Source: Podarcis liolepis (taxonomy: Eukaryota). Taken from it: DNA of 64,000 bases. A program made the translations under genes and the position numbers. How positions within the stretch are numbered: position 1 is the stretch's first letter; every line of letters begins with the position of its first letter. The stretch lies in assembly GCA_965112155.1 (NCBI GenBank), contig OZ218103.1, one strand, 5' to 3'. Shown here one piece after another: positions 28,206 through 40,200 of the stretch. The notes under the pieces are model-generated. The model was not told the DNA's origin and did not search any database. It saw only the letters and a list, made by a program, of their open reading frames with translations.

Positions 28206-31200
28206 TGGCCCTAAAGTTGCAGGGCGCTGGAAGTCGAAGGGGCGCTGGGGGAGTGAATGGGAAGCAAGAGGAAAAGGAGCCCTCACACACAGAGAGACAC
28301 ACAGTGTGGATTCTAAAATCGCAGGAAGAGTGAATGGGAAGCAAATCACACACAGAGAGACACACAGAGTGTGGATTCTAACGTGGGGAGAGTGAAGGGG
28401 AAGCAAGAGGAGAAGCAGCCCTCACGCACACACAGACACACAGAGTGTGGATTCTAACGTGGGGAGAGTGAAGGGGAAGCAAGAGGAGAAGCAGCCCTCG
28501 CGCACACACAGACACACAGAGTGTGGATTCTAACGTGGGGAGAGTGAAGGGGAAGCAAGAGGAGAAGCAGCCCTCACGCACACACAGACACACAGAGTGT
28601 GGATTCTAACGTGGGGAGAGTGAAGGGGAAGCAAGAGGAGAAGCAGCCCTCGCGCACACACAGACACACAGAGTGTGGATTCTAACGTGGGGAGAGTGAA
28701 GGGGAAGCAAGAGGAGAAGCAGCCCTCACGCACACACAGACACACAGAGTGTGGATTCTAACGTGGGGAGAGTGAAGGGGAAGCAAGAGGAGGAGAAGGA
28801 TAGCTCAAGCACACGCACACACACACACACACACACACAGCCCCTACAGTGCCTAATCCAAAATCGGACAGCAAAAAACTGCAGGCAGGGACAGAGAGCA
28901 CGGGGTTGTTTTAAAGCAGCCAACTCCCGCTCTGCTTTTCTCCCTCCTCCCCGGCTCCGCTAGCTGACAGGAGCCGCTTACACCCGCTTTGCTGTTTCAA
29001 AGCGAGCCACGGACTGCTCACGACTGCAGCAGATTCCCCCGCCATCTGTAGGCATTCGCTCCATAACACGCACAGACATTTCCCCTTACTTTCTAGGAGG
29101 AAAAATCTGCGTGTTATGGAGCGAAATTTACGGTATGCAAGATATCTGACAGCAGGATGCATGCTCAATTATATCTATTTTTCCTTACCATAGGGTTTGT
29201 GTTACCACATGTTTTTATATAGTCTACAAGTTAGGTTTCTGTACTGGGAAAATTGAGGAGTGTTGTTGTCCTACTACCTCCAGTGTTACAAAGAAAATCT
29301 GCCTTTACAGTTTGCTGAAAGATGCTGAAAGATTCTTAGATATGTCTCCTGTGCCATGATGGGTGGTAATGCCAGGTTAGAGGTTTCTGTGTAGCAGCTA
29401 ATCAGAATGTATCTGTTCACCTTGGCATGTTGACAGTGTGTTACTGGCACAGCAAACAGTGATGGGCGTCAAGGACCAGTGACCGCTGGGGCTCCTCGTT
29501 CATCAATGTGACAGCCAAGCAAAAACCCAGCCTAGCCATGATTTACAGTCCACGCACCTGGAAGCCTTAAGACAGTAGCAAACATACCAGCACTCCAGCA
29601 TACTAAGTATGCAGCCTCAGCAGTCCATATCTTGCTAGAATAGCCCATGGTGAGAGGGAGCATGGATGCAGGGGTATCCTGCCTCCTCTTGCAGGTGCAG
29701 GAAGGGGAGAGACTACACAATGAGCTCATCCACATTTGCCCCGCCCCTTTCCCCCCAGGAAACCCACTTTTTACTGCTGAATCAGAGCAAACGCCAATCA
29801 ATTTTTCTGCAGATTGGTGTTTGTTCCCATGGAAAGTGGTGAGACAAACAGGACAAGTGGAAAACCTCTTGGATCCATGCTTTCAAGGCATGGGACAAGT
29901 GGAAGTGTGGGTGAGCCCTGTGTGTTATATAGCCCAGCGCTTTCAGGATGTCTGGTTGGGGTTGCACTGAAGGATAGCAGGTGCTTTATGTTGCTGGGGA
30001 AAGGGGCTCCTTGACCTGAAGAATTTGACTAACTGGATACGATGCCCCTGCAAAAAGCTTACTGGTGAAACAATTATTATTGTGCTACTAAGTGTAAAGG
30101 ATCAACAACTCATCATAACTTTCTATGGAAGTTAGCCCTGCATATTTTTTGTAAAAATGAAATCTAGGTTGGGGACTTTTTCAACATACTGTGTCTCTGC
30201 CTTCATTGCCTTCAAGTTTGATTAAATAAATTTAAAATATTTATATATCACTGTTCATTTGGGTAGTGGTGTTTGAACCACCCTTTGTAAAATTCAGCAC
30301 CAACGCTGAGTCCATGTTGCAAATCGGATGAACAGAGGTATATGCATTTAATAAATAAATAAAAAACAAATATCTATGTGGGGCATTAGAGTTCGGCCTG
30401 GGCTCAAGAATGAAATCTTTTTTCTCTGGCAGCACACAGAAGCTTTGCTTTATGGGTTCCAGTCCATTGCAGAAACAATAGATGTAAACTACTCGGATGT
30501 AGTGCCTGGCCTCATTGGGCTCATTCCTCACATCAGCATCAGCAATGTGCAGCTTGCAGATACGGTTATGTTCACTATTGGTAAGAAGACTGGGTATGGG
30601 GAGGGAATGGGTGCTGAAAGGGAAGGTTAACCCAAAGAACCTCAGGCTGTTGAGTTCTTACAACACTATGGAACCAGCAGTGCATAGGCTGGATGTGGCC
30701 TGTGGGGCCTCTTCATCCAGTCCACAGTACCCTCTCCTTGCCCAAGCCTGTGCTACAATTAGGCTGCAAAAAGCCTTGCATTGTCTCTGCTATGTGTATA
30801 TGTGTGCCAGGTTTGAGTGTGGCCAAAACAGAATGGGGCAATTTATTTTTTTTACTCCCCCACCAGCATGTAGCTCCCTGAAGGTTGGCAGTGAGGAAAT
30901 GTGGCCCTTGGACTGAAAAGATTCCTAATGCCTGAAATTGGTGTGTGTTACAGTAGTCCATGTAGAGCTTCCTTGAGATGGTTTGGAAGCTATATCTGGC
31001 GGAGAATGTTACAGCCAGTTTTTTGAATGGAGCACCTTGACGTGCACATAGTGCACCTGTGCTGAGGGAACTGCACTAGCTGTTTTTATGATCCTGTTTA
31101 TGGCTGTATTTTTGTACGTTGCTTAGACCTTTAATGAAGTGGTTTAGTAATGCTTTTAAATAACTAAATACTGATGGGGTGCTTCTTTGCTTTTTGTGGG

Positions 31201-34200
31201 CTGTACTGATAGCATTTGGCACATTAAACAGAGCAGCTCATGACTCTGCATTTTCTATCTTTCTAGGAGCACTTTCAGAGTGGCTGGCTGACCACCCTGT
31301 CATGATCAACAATGTCTTACCCCTGGTGCTACAGGCTCTGGGCAATCCTGAGTTGTCCATCTCTAGTGTCTCAACCCTTAAGAAAATCTGCCGTGAGTGC
31401 AAGTATGACTTGCCTCCCTATGCTGCCAACATAGTTGCTGTCTCTCAGGTAACTGAAATAATGGTCTAAAGATACATGGTTCTATGAGAACATGGAAGTT
31501 TAAGTCACTGACTAGTTTTGAGCTGTATGTAAAGCAGAGATCATTCAACAGGGCTTAGAGCAGTAGGAACATTCTGAGAAGGATATCTACGTGTGTATGT
31601 GAGATTTAGTGGAGTAAATATTTATTGCACATTGTCAGAATGGGAATTCTGACTGCATCTATCAGTTAAAATAACTTCAATCTTATCAGTTTGAAGATAT
31701 GTGTTCATCTGTTTTGGCAGCTGGCAAGGTGGATTGACTTTGAGCTACTTCTGCAGTGGAAATTTGGTCAAGATTCAGCTCAGCTTTCTGCTAAACTAAA
31801 TGCAGTCTTTGGTTTCCCCTTCACATTTCCTTCTAGAAGAGGAAAAATTATGCTTGCAGGGTGTGTGGAGGAAGCAGAACTGTTGACCCTTGCTGCTGAC
31901 ATTATGGAGCTTGGGAGACAAGCTGTATGAAACCACTGCCTATAATGAATCACTGATGACTACTTATCCATTATGAAGCATCCTTGAGAAGGGTTGGCTT
32001 TCACTGTAGGAGGGAGAGGGTGCTTATTGATTATTTATTCAGATATTTATAAGCTGCATTTTAAGATCAAGCCCTCACCGGTATGTAAAAAGATTGATGC
32101 AAGATGACAATGGGTACATCAGACAGGTGTACAACCACTATGAGAAAGCTGCTCTGAATCATACAAGTCTTTAACACTCTTCAGGAAAAGCAGTAGAGAG
32201 CTTTTCAAGGCCCTCTTAAAAGCATGTATGGAAGGGGCCAAGCTTAAGTTAATCAGAAGGGAGTTAGCCTTCTCTTGCTTATCCACTTGAAATGTCACAG
32301 CGCCCATGCTCCAGATCAGTGTTTGTCTCCCAGAGTTGTTAGTTGATATTGTGGTTGGAGCATTGTTAAACGTTTCTGCTGTGGGGCGAGTACTCACTTT
32401 CTCACATCTTTCCTTCTGTAGGATGTGCTAATGAAGCAGATTCACAAGGTAAGATACTTATACTCCTCCCTGGTGCAGAGGGTCAAAGAGTGTACAGAAT
32501 ATATGGTTACCTATCAGGTTATTATTTCCGAAGTATTGAGCATTCCAGTCAATGAGAGGAGGATTAGAGGGATTGGTGAAATTGCATGCATGTCTCCCAA
32601 ACAGTTTTGATCAGGAGTGGGGAATCTGTGACCCTCCAGAAGTTCCTGGCCATTGGCTTTGCAGGCAAGAAATGTTGGGAGTTGGAATCCAAAAGCATCT
32701 GTAGAGTCACACATTTTTCTTTCCTGGTTTAGATAGACATCCGTTATGTTTCCAGGCATTCCAAAGCTGCATGAAAGAGTCTTATTTGTGTTTATCTGTG
32801 ACTCAGGGCTCTGACAATGGCTATTTTGGTGCTAAGTTCTGGCACTAAACACAGGTTTCTGTGTTGAGACTTCCAGAAGGCATAGCTAAGACTTAAGCAT
32901 TAGAGTTGACGAAAAATAGACGGAGAATAAACTCCAACTGAGATGTAGTGTAGCATGACTTTCTGAGGATAATAGGAGAAACTAAGAATGTTGTCCATCT
33001 TGTTCTGCCCCCAGACAAGTCAGTGCATGTGGCTGATGCAAGCTCTGGGCTTCTTGCTGTCTGCCCTCCAAGTGGAGGAGATTTTGAAGAATCTGCACTC
33101 ACTGATTACTCCTTACATCCAGCAGCTGGAGAAGCTGGCTGATGAAACGGTGAGCTACTCCCCTTTCTTGGTGGTGGCTGTTTGCCAACCTTCTTTTAAG
33201 AAAGAATAGAGCCTGTTGTGTGTAAAACTCTACTCTTCTTGTTGCAAGTTGTGCCTTGTTTTAACCATACCTCTCTGGTCTTGCAAGCCTCTCATTTCTT
33301 ATCTCTGTCCTCTGGTTTTTAAATTCCTTCCCCCTGCCCTGTTTTCCATTATGCTTCTGAAGTCAAGAACGGAGTGGGTGAGAATTGGCTGGGGGGGGGG
33401 GGAATCAATCACTAGACTATGCTTCACAGTTGTGCTGTCCATTCTTGCTGCCAGTCTGGGACATCTGATGTGAGTGGCCCATATCCTGGATCTACTGTAA
33501 CTGCTATAGTGATGCCTTGCCTTGCAGCCAAACCCCTCCAACAAGTTGGCCATCATCCACATTCTGGGCTTGCTCTCCAACCTCTTCACCACATTGGACA
33601 TCAGTCATCATGATGATGATCATGAGAGCTCAGAGGTCAAGAAGCTGCCGGTGCCTCAGGGCCCCAATCCGGTGGGTGTTACATGTGTCTGAGTAGTTCT
33701 TTTTATACATTAGGGCATACAACTCCATGTTTATTTGGCTGTGCCTCTTCCCTGCCATGTAACTGTAGGCAGCTTCTTCTAACTCTTGATGGGCAGTAGC
33801 ATAGAATGGTTGAAGGGTTGTGAAAATAGGTGGTGTACAACATAGCACTGTGTGTGTGTGTTACTTTAACTATTGGAATGAGCCTGCATAGATTAGCCAC
33901 TTCCTCACTGCAGATTGTGAGCTGTTTGACGTGACTACTGAGTGATCAGAAGAGAGCTCAGAATGTCCCTTCAATTGTGTATATTTTCTTTTTAAAAAGA
34001 AGTGAGGGCAGCTACACATCTGGTATTGTGAGACTTTTGAAAACTACTCTGGCATAATATGAGTTGTGGAGCAATCTCTAGAGAGGCCTCTAATACCATC
34101 TTTTCATCCCTGGATCTGAATGGTTTTGAGCTCTCTCCTCCTCCTCCTCCTCCTCCTCCTCCTCCTCCTCCTCAAACTGTGGGAGACGAAGCCAGTTTCG

Positions 34201-37200
34201 TAATTCTCTTCTATCTTCTTCCTCTAGGTGGTGATGGTGCTGCAGCAAGTCTTCCAGCTTATCCAGAAAGTGCTCAGCAAGTGGCTGAATGATGCCCAGG
34301 TTGTGGAGGTAATGCATGTTCTAGGTTAAAAAACAAGCAACACTTTGCCCACATATCTATAGTTAGATAGGAGATTCCCAGGTTGGCACTGGTGGTTGTT
34401 GACAGAACTTGAAGAAGGTATGTTTGTGATGTTGGATAAGTCTCTCTTTTCAGTTGATTCCCACATTCTGTTCAATTTGGTATTCTACTTTTAGGCTTAG
34501 GAGTTTGGCCGACCAAGCCAAACTTACCTCACAGAACTGAATTGGTGGTGGGTGGAGGAAACTATATATGGCACCTCAGGCTTCTTTGAGGAAAGGTGAA
34601 GTACAGAATCAGTAGATATTTAGCTAAGGAACAAGTTATTTAACCAGTCCTCCCTTGACGCAGCCCTTCCTCTTCCCACAGTCTGTGTGCTCCATTTTTG
34701 AAAAGTCTGTGAAGACCCTCCTGGATGACTTTGCACCCATGGTGCCTCAACTGTGTGAGATGCTGGGCCAGATGTATAGCACCATTCCTCAGGCATCTGC
34801 AATTGATCTCACTCGACAGGTAAGTCTAAGTACTAGAATTCCTGGAAGCTACTAAGTTTACAATGGAGGCTGATAATCTGTTGAGTAATTCCTACCCTCT
34901 GTACTGTTCCTATGCCAGCTGGTCTCTGTCTCCTTTGTTGTGTTAGCAGCAAGGATCTTGTTGATGTTTTCAGACAGAGAACAGGCAGGTAGACTTACAC
35001 GGGGGATAGCTAGGGGCTACAAATATGGGATGGAATGGGTCATACCGGACTGCTCTGGCTTCAATGCCCTTTGTATTTTATATCCCCAGCTGGTTCACAT
35101 CTTTGCCCATGAGCCTGCCCATTTCCCACCTATCAAGGCGCTCTTTCTGCTCGTCACATCAGTTACGCTAACACTGTTTCAGCAAGGTACGTGTGCTTGG
35201 GCACCTTCAGTCTTGTGAGGCTGCCACGTTGAAAACTGCTGTTCCTGGTTTCAGCTGTTCAGACTCGACTATAAGGTGTGTGCAGGTGGGGGGAGGGAAC
35301 ACCTTCCTCAGGTCATGGCCGTGCTCGTTCAGTTCCAAAAGCTTTTAGCTGGTACAGATGAAGATGAAAAGCTCTTGCTGAGGTGGACTCTCTGGCATGC
35401 TTCTCCTCAGGTATCAGTGCCTGAGTGGACAGTAGTGCTGCCATTTCCCCCTCTTCTCCTGTCCTTCATGACTGGAAATCTGCCCTCCCCGTGTCAGATT
35501 CCAGGGTTAGAGCCCCAAGAGGAAGATGAAGCGAGCAGTCGGCTCTGAGTAGAAAGCAAGAATCACTCAGGAGTGCGTTGTAATGTCTTTCAGTTAACCC
35601 CATCACTGCTCTTTATGGAGTCGACCATATTCATCAGGGTTTTTTTTCCCCTGTGGCCTAAATAAAACATTTGTCATGTGGACTCTGTATCCTATCTCCC
35701 TGGTTCTCCAGCTCAAGGGATTCCTTTTACAGCTTTGTGAAATTCCCAGCAAGTGTTTGGACTTGCCTTTGCATGGAACTGCCATATTGACTCCATGTTG
35801 ACCCCAGCTGAGATGAAAAGCTTGGAATACATGTACAGATCCAGTCAGCATGGTTGGTGGGGTATCTGCTTCCTTCTCCAGGTCCTTGTTTGAACTCAGA
35901 ATTGATGGGGAGCAACTAGTGCTTGGAGTGATGCCCTGTTACTGCCTGACTGGGTCAGGCATAGCCAACATGGAGGAAGAGAATTCTCAGATCCAGGAAA
36001 GCTTATGTGATAATAAATTTGCTAAATTTATAATGCCACAAGGCTTTCTCTTTTGTGGAATGGAAGTATGCTTACCAGCAACCACGCTGGCCTTTCCCTG
36101 CAGAAAATGCCAGAAAGTTGGGTTCTTCCCAACTAGGTAGGCATGTGGACATGGATGTTAGGAAAATACTGTGCTGGGACTGTCCATCCGGCACTCTAGT
36201 GGATTTCCAAGACTTTGTGCCTACTCCATGTCAATACTGGATTTGTTGTTTGACTCTGGAGTTGTCTTTCAGGACCAAGTAAATCATGATAACATGTATC
36301 CAGTTCAAATGTGCTCGTTCTCCACATGAAGCTGGTGTCCAGTTAGCTCCTGCTTCTCTCTTCCCCTGCTAGGGTGCAATGAGCTCTCCCCTTCCTATCC
36401 TTGGTGCTTGGCAGGGGACTCTGGGCACAGGCCTATTCCTTTGCACTTTCTTTCTGTTCTTGGGTTTCCAAGCTCCATGATTTTTGTATGTTTTGTTTCT
36501 TTAACTTGCTTCAAGCTGCTCATGTGCCTTCCCTCCTCAACCCACCCCCTTGCACCCTCCCCTTCCCTTACTCCTGTTTTCACTTGTAAATTCTTTCTGT
36601 ATCACATAACTATATGATGTTGAGTTGCTGTTTGTATGATTTTTCTCTTCAGTTACATCTTTATTATATTTTTAGGGCCCAGGGATCATCCTGATATTGT
36701 TGATTCATTTATGCAACTCCTGGCACAGGTGTGTTTTAGTTTCTTATTCATTCACTTTCTGTTCTCTCTCTTTCTCTTTTTTAATTCAATTTAAACCTAT
36801 TTTTAGCTTTCTGTTGACAACGTTTTTTCCTTTTAGTTGAATATCGAGTTTCTCCATCTGTTTCCGTGGAAGTTGAAAACAAAACATTCTCCTTTTTCAT
36901 AGGTGTGAGTTTGCCCTTTTCATTCCCCAAGGGGCAATACCTAGTGATGCAACAAGGCTTGTAGGTTGGGTTTGTTTTCAGGTCATGTGGTGTGGCCTTG
37001 CCCAGGAGGGGGCTGCTGAAAAATGTTAATGTAGTTCAAGAGCTCTGGCAGCAGCATTCCAGTCCTGGTATAGATCTGCGTGCTTTTCTGAAGTGACTCT
37101 GACTTCTTTACAAATGCTGGCAAGTCCATAGTTTCTGTTTATTAGGTAGGAGTGATGTATTCAGTAACTTGGTGGATCTGGGAGGGGCAGCTGATCTAAT

Positions 37201-40200
37201 GGGCAAGGATAGCAGATGAGCCTTGTCTCCCGTGTTTGACCCCAAAACCCTTCTGCACTCCAGCATTTCTGCCAAGGCTTCCTGTGTCTGGTGTTTTGTC
37301 CCCCCCCCCCAAGATTGTGCATCTTCCATAGAGCTCTGTCTCTAATGCTGTAATGACATCATGCACAGGGCAGGGCAAAGCAGTGGTGGTGGAATACAAA
37401 CAGAGGCTGGTGGGTATCATTCCCTGGAGTAAGTGAAGGATGAAGCACCCCCAGCAAGTGGATTAGAATGAGCAATCCCTAGACTGAAAATAAGCTGCAG
37501 CACTAAGAACTGATGGAGCAGAATTGGGTGGGATCTTATATATTGATCTCCTGACTGTAATAAGATGCTCTCTCGTTGGCTCTGGTTTATTGTTGCCTAA
37601 TGGGGTTTCTGTATACTGCGATGGGGGAAGTGTCTGAGTGCTTAGCTCCCCCTTGTGGCAGTTAATACAGATGCAAATATGGGAGGCAATGTTGCTAATA
37701 GGTAAAGGTAAAGGGACCCCTGACCATCAGCTAATACGTTACTGTAAATCTCGCACTTCTCTTCAGTAACACAGTAACGAACTTCCAGAAAATTCTGAAA
37801 TTTGACAACAGCAAATCGCAAAATTAAAATGCCACCCTTTAGAGTTCTTATTCTTGTTTTGTCATCATGTTAAGGAGATGTCAGCTAACAGTGTACAGTT
37901 AAATATCAAATACTGAGATCAGTTATAATTATATAGGTGGAGCCCTATGGTGGATCCATGTTCTCAGGAAAGGGTTGGAACAATCTCATCCTAGGAGGGG
38001 GATAGGGAGTAGCTTTAGCCAGATGAAGGAAAAGGCAGTTGGAATGGGAGATGTGAAGAGAGGGGACTAGGAGAAGCCCCTGGGACATCCAGACACAGTT
38101 GAAAGCCCCACAGTAGCTCATGCGGTTCGACATGGAACAACTTGGGACCCCAGATCTTCTGACTGACTGCATCCAGATGAGACCTAATCACCAGCCAATA
38201 TTCATCCTGAAGAGTTAAAAAATGCAGCACTGTGTCTGGGACAGTGGGTGTCATAGTTTGGCCCATGCTGGAAATTAAAGCAGTAGTGTTTCAGTGGACT
38301 CAAAACAATGCTATTAATACTTTTTTATATTGTATGTCTTCCTCTCTTGCATATATATATATATACACACACACTTTCCTCCCTTGGTTGAATAAATATT
38401 GTTTGTTTGCCTCCATATACTTTGAGAGAAGCTCAAATTAGAAGTTGCCTGGGTTTGGGCTGATTTAGCTACTAGTGCCCAGTATGTTTTGTTCACCACT
38501 TCTTTTGGAGATGTGAAAGCTGGTGGTCTGGAGACACTGCACCCTCCATCTTGGGGTCACTGGCGTTCTCATTGTCTCTTATTCTACTTCATCTGTGAGC
38601 CTAAGTCCCATTGCACTTTTGCTATCTCTCAGCATTCACATTAAAACTTAACACACACCCCAAAAGAGGAGAGAGAGGCAGCTGATATACTGGTTCTTCC
38701 CCATATTGTCATTAGCACTTTCATTCTTTCTTTGAGTAAAAAATAAAATACTACCTCCTGGTCCGCCAGTCCCACAAAACAGCTTACAATAAGATACAAT
38801 AAAATTCTGAAGCAATATTTGAAACACTTGTAACTAAAAGATTAATTACAGTAGTCCAGCATTTGAAACTCTTCATCTTCCAACTGCCTTGCTAAAAAGA
38901 TGTTTGGGCCATGCACCAAAATGCATCTTAGCAGACTCTCTAGAGAGATACTTCCAAGGGCAGGCTGCCATCACCCAAAGAGTCATGCTCTTTGTGGCTA
39001 CCAGCCTACATATACCTGTAGTACCTGGAGCAAGAACTCAACTAAAACAAAAGAGGCAGAGTGGATTCATATGGGAGAATATGACCCTTGAGGTAACATG
39101 GTTCCAAACTACGCATGGTTCTGGATTCTGTATGAGGCAAGGAGGACTGGGTTGCATTTGAAAGTGCAGCTTCTGCAGTCTGCCAGTTTCCTATAATTTG
39201 CTGACATTGTCTCATTGGCAGAATGTCACCTATACCCTTCTCTCTTGGAGTAAGCCTAAATTGGCAATGCCCTAGAAGACTTACGTTAACATATGCTGTT
39301 TGTTTAACTTGCCCAACTGGTGGCCCATGCCCAGGCTTGTTCTGTCCCAACAACCAAGTTAAAAGACACTGGATATAGGAATATGTGAGAAATCTGAAAT
39401 TCGAGGGGAATGTTCTCTCCTCATGCTTAGTGTGGAGACAAATCAGTAGGAAAATTCTTCACAGCATCAGCATCTGGCATGCACTTCCTTTGGAGCCATC
39501 TAGTGAGACTAGAATACAGGCCTAGCAGAAGGGTCAGTTTGCTAAAATGAGAAGACCATTGAGTATGTAACAACACTGCTTGTCCATTCAAGTGGACTGG
39601 TACATTGTGAAACATAAATGTTGTGTCTGTGGGCAGAATTATGCAAGAATATATACCATTTTCCTTTCTTTGTTCAAAAATCAAATAATCTTGATTTGCA
39701 AGTATTGCCCCACTAATGCCTATATTATCCCTAAATCAGAAGACCAGCAGCCTTGGCTTAAATATACATTTGAACTTTCCTGAAATTGTGTGTGTGTACT
39801 GCCATGTAGAAGAAAAAAAGAAGTGAAGAGGAAAGGGAGACGCAAAAGAATGATCTTTTGTTGGAACAATTTTAATTGCTTAAAATGTCAGAACACTAGA
39901 GTCATTCCTTTAGCATAGGTGTTTAGATGAAAATTTTAAGTTTGTTCTTAGAGGTCCTAGTTTTAGCGCACCACCATAAGGTTGCTTTGATACAAAGGTA
40001 GTTGTTGAGAGAGACAAAGGGTTAGTGTCAAGTCATGAGCATATTGCGAGCTAGCACTGAGGTTCCTTTAACTGGCTGTCATTATGTGGTATATTGGCTA
40101 AATTGTTTATTGAAACCTGTATAGGTATTAATATAATTTATTCTGCATGGTTTAATTTGCATCACTTTGGATATGAGCAAATGTTTCAGTAATGGAATAC

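Larger units (their letters stand above)
27552..29135. mobile_element. 1.58-kb Tc1/mariner (pogo-like) non-autonomous element with an internal minisatellite
   Basis: TA|CCGTATTTTTCGCTCTATAACACGCA...TGCGTGTTATGGAGCGAAATTTACGG|TA. Confidence 0.88.

Noticed and set aside
27976-28963. Repetitive ORFs ([16 protein letters not shown]) and a superficially CRISPR-like array
   Set aside because: These are translations of micro- and minisatellites; there are no unique spacers and the DNA is vertebrate.
38120-38218. Small [35 protein letters not shown] in intron 15
   Set aside because: No recognisable homology, and no splice or promoter support.
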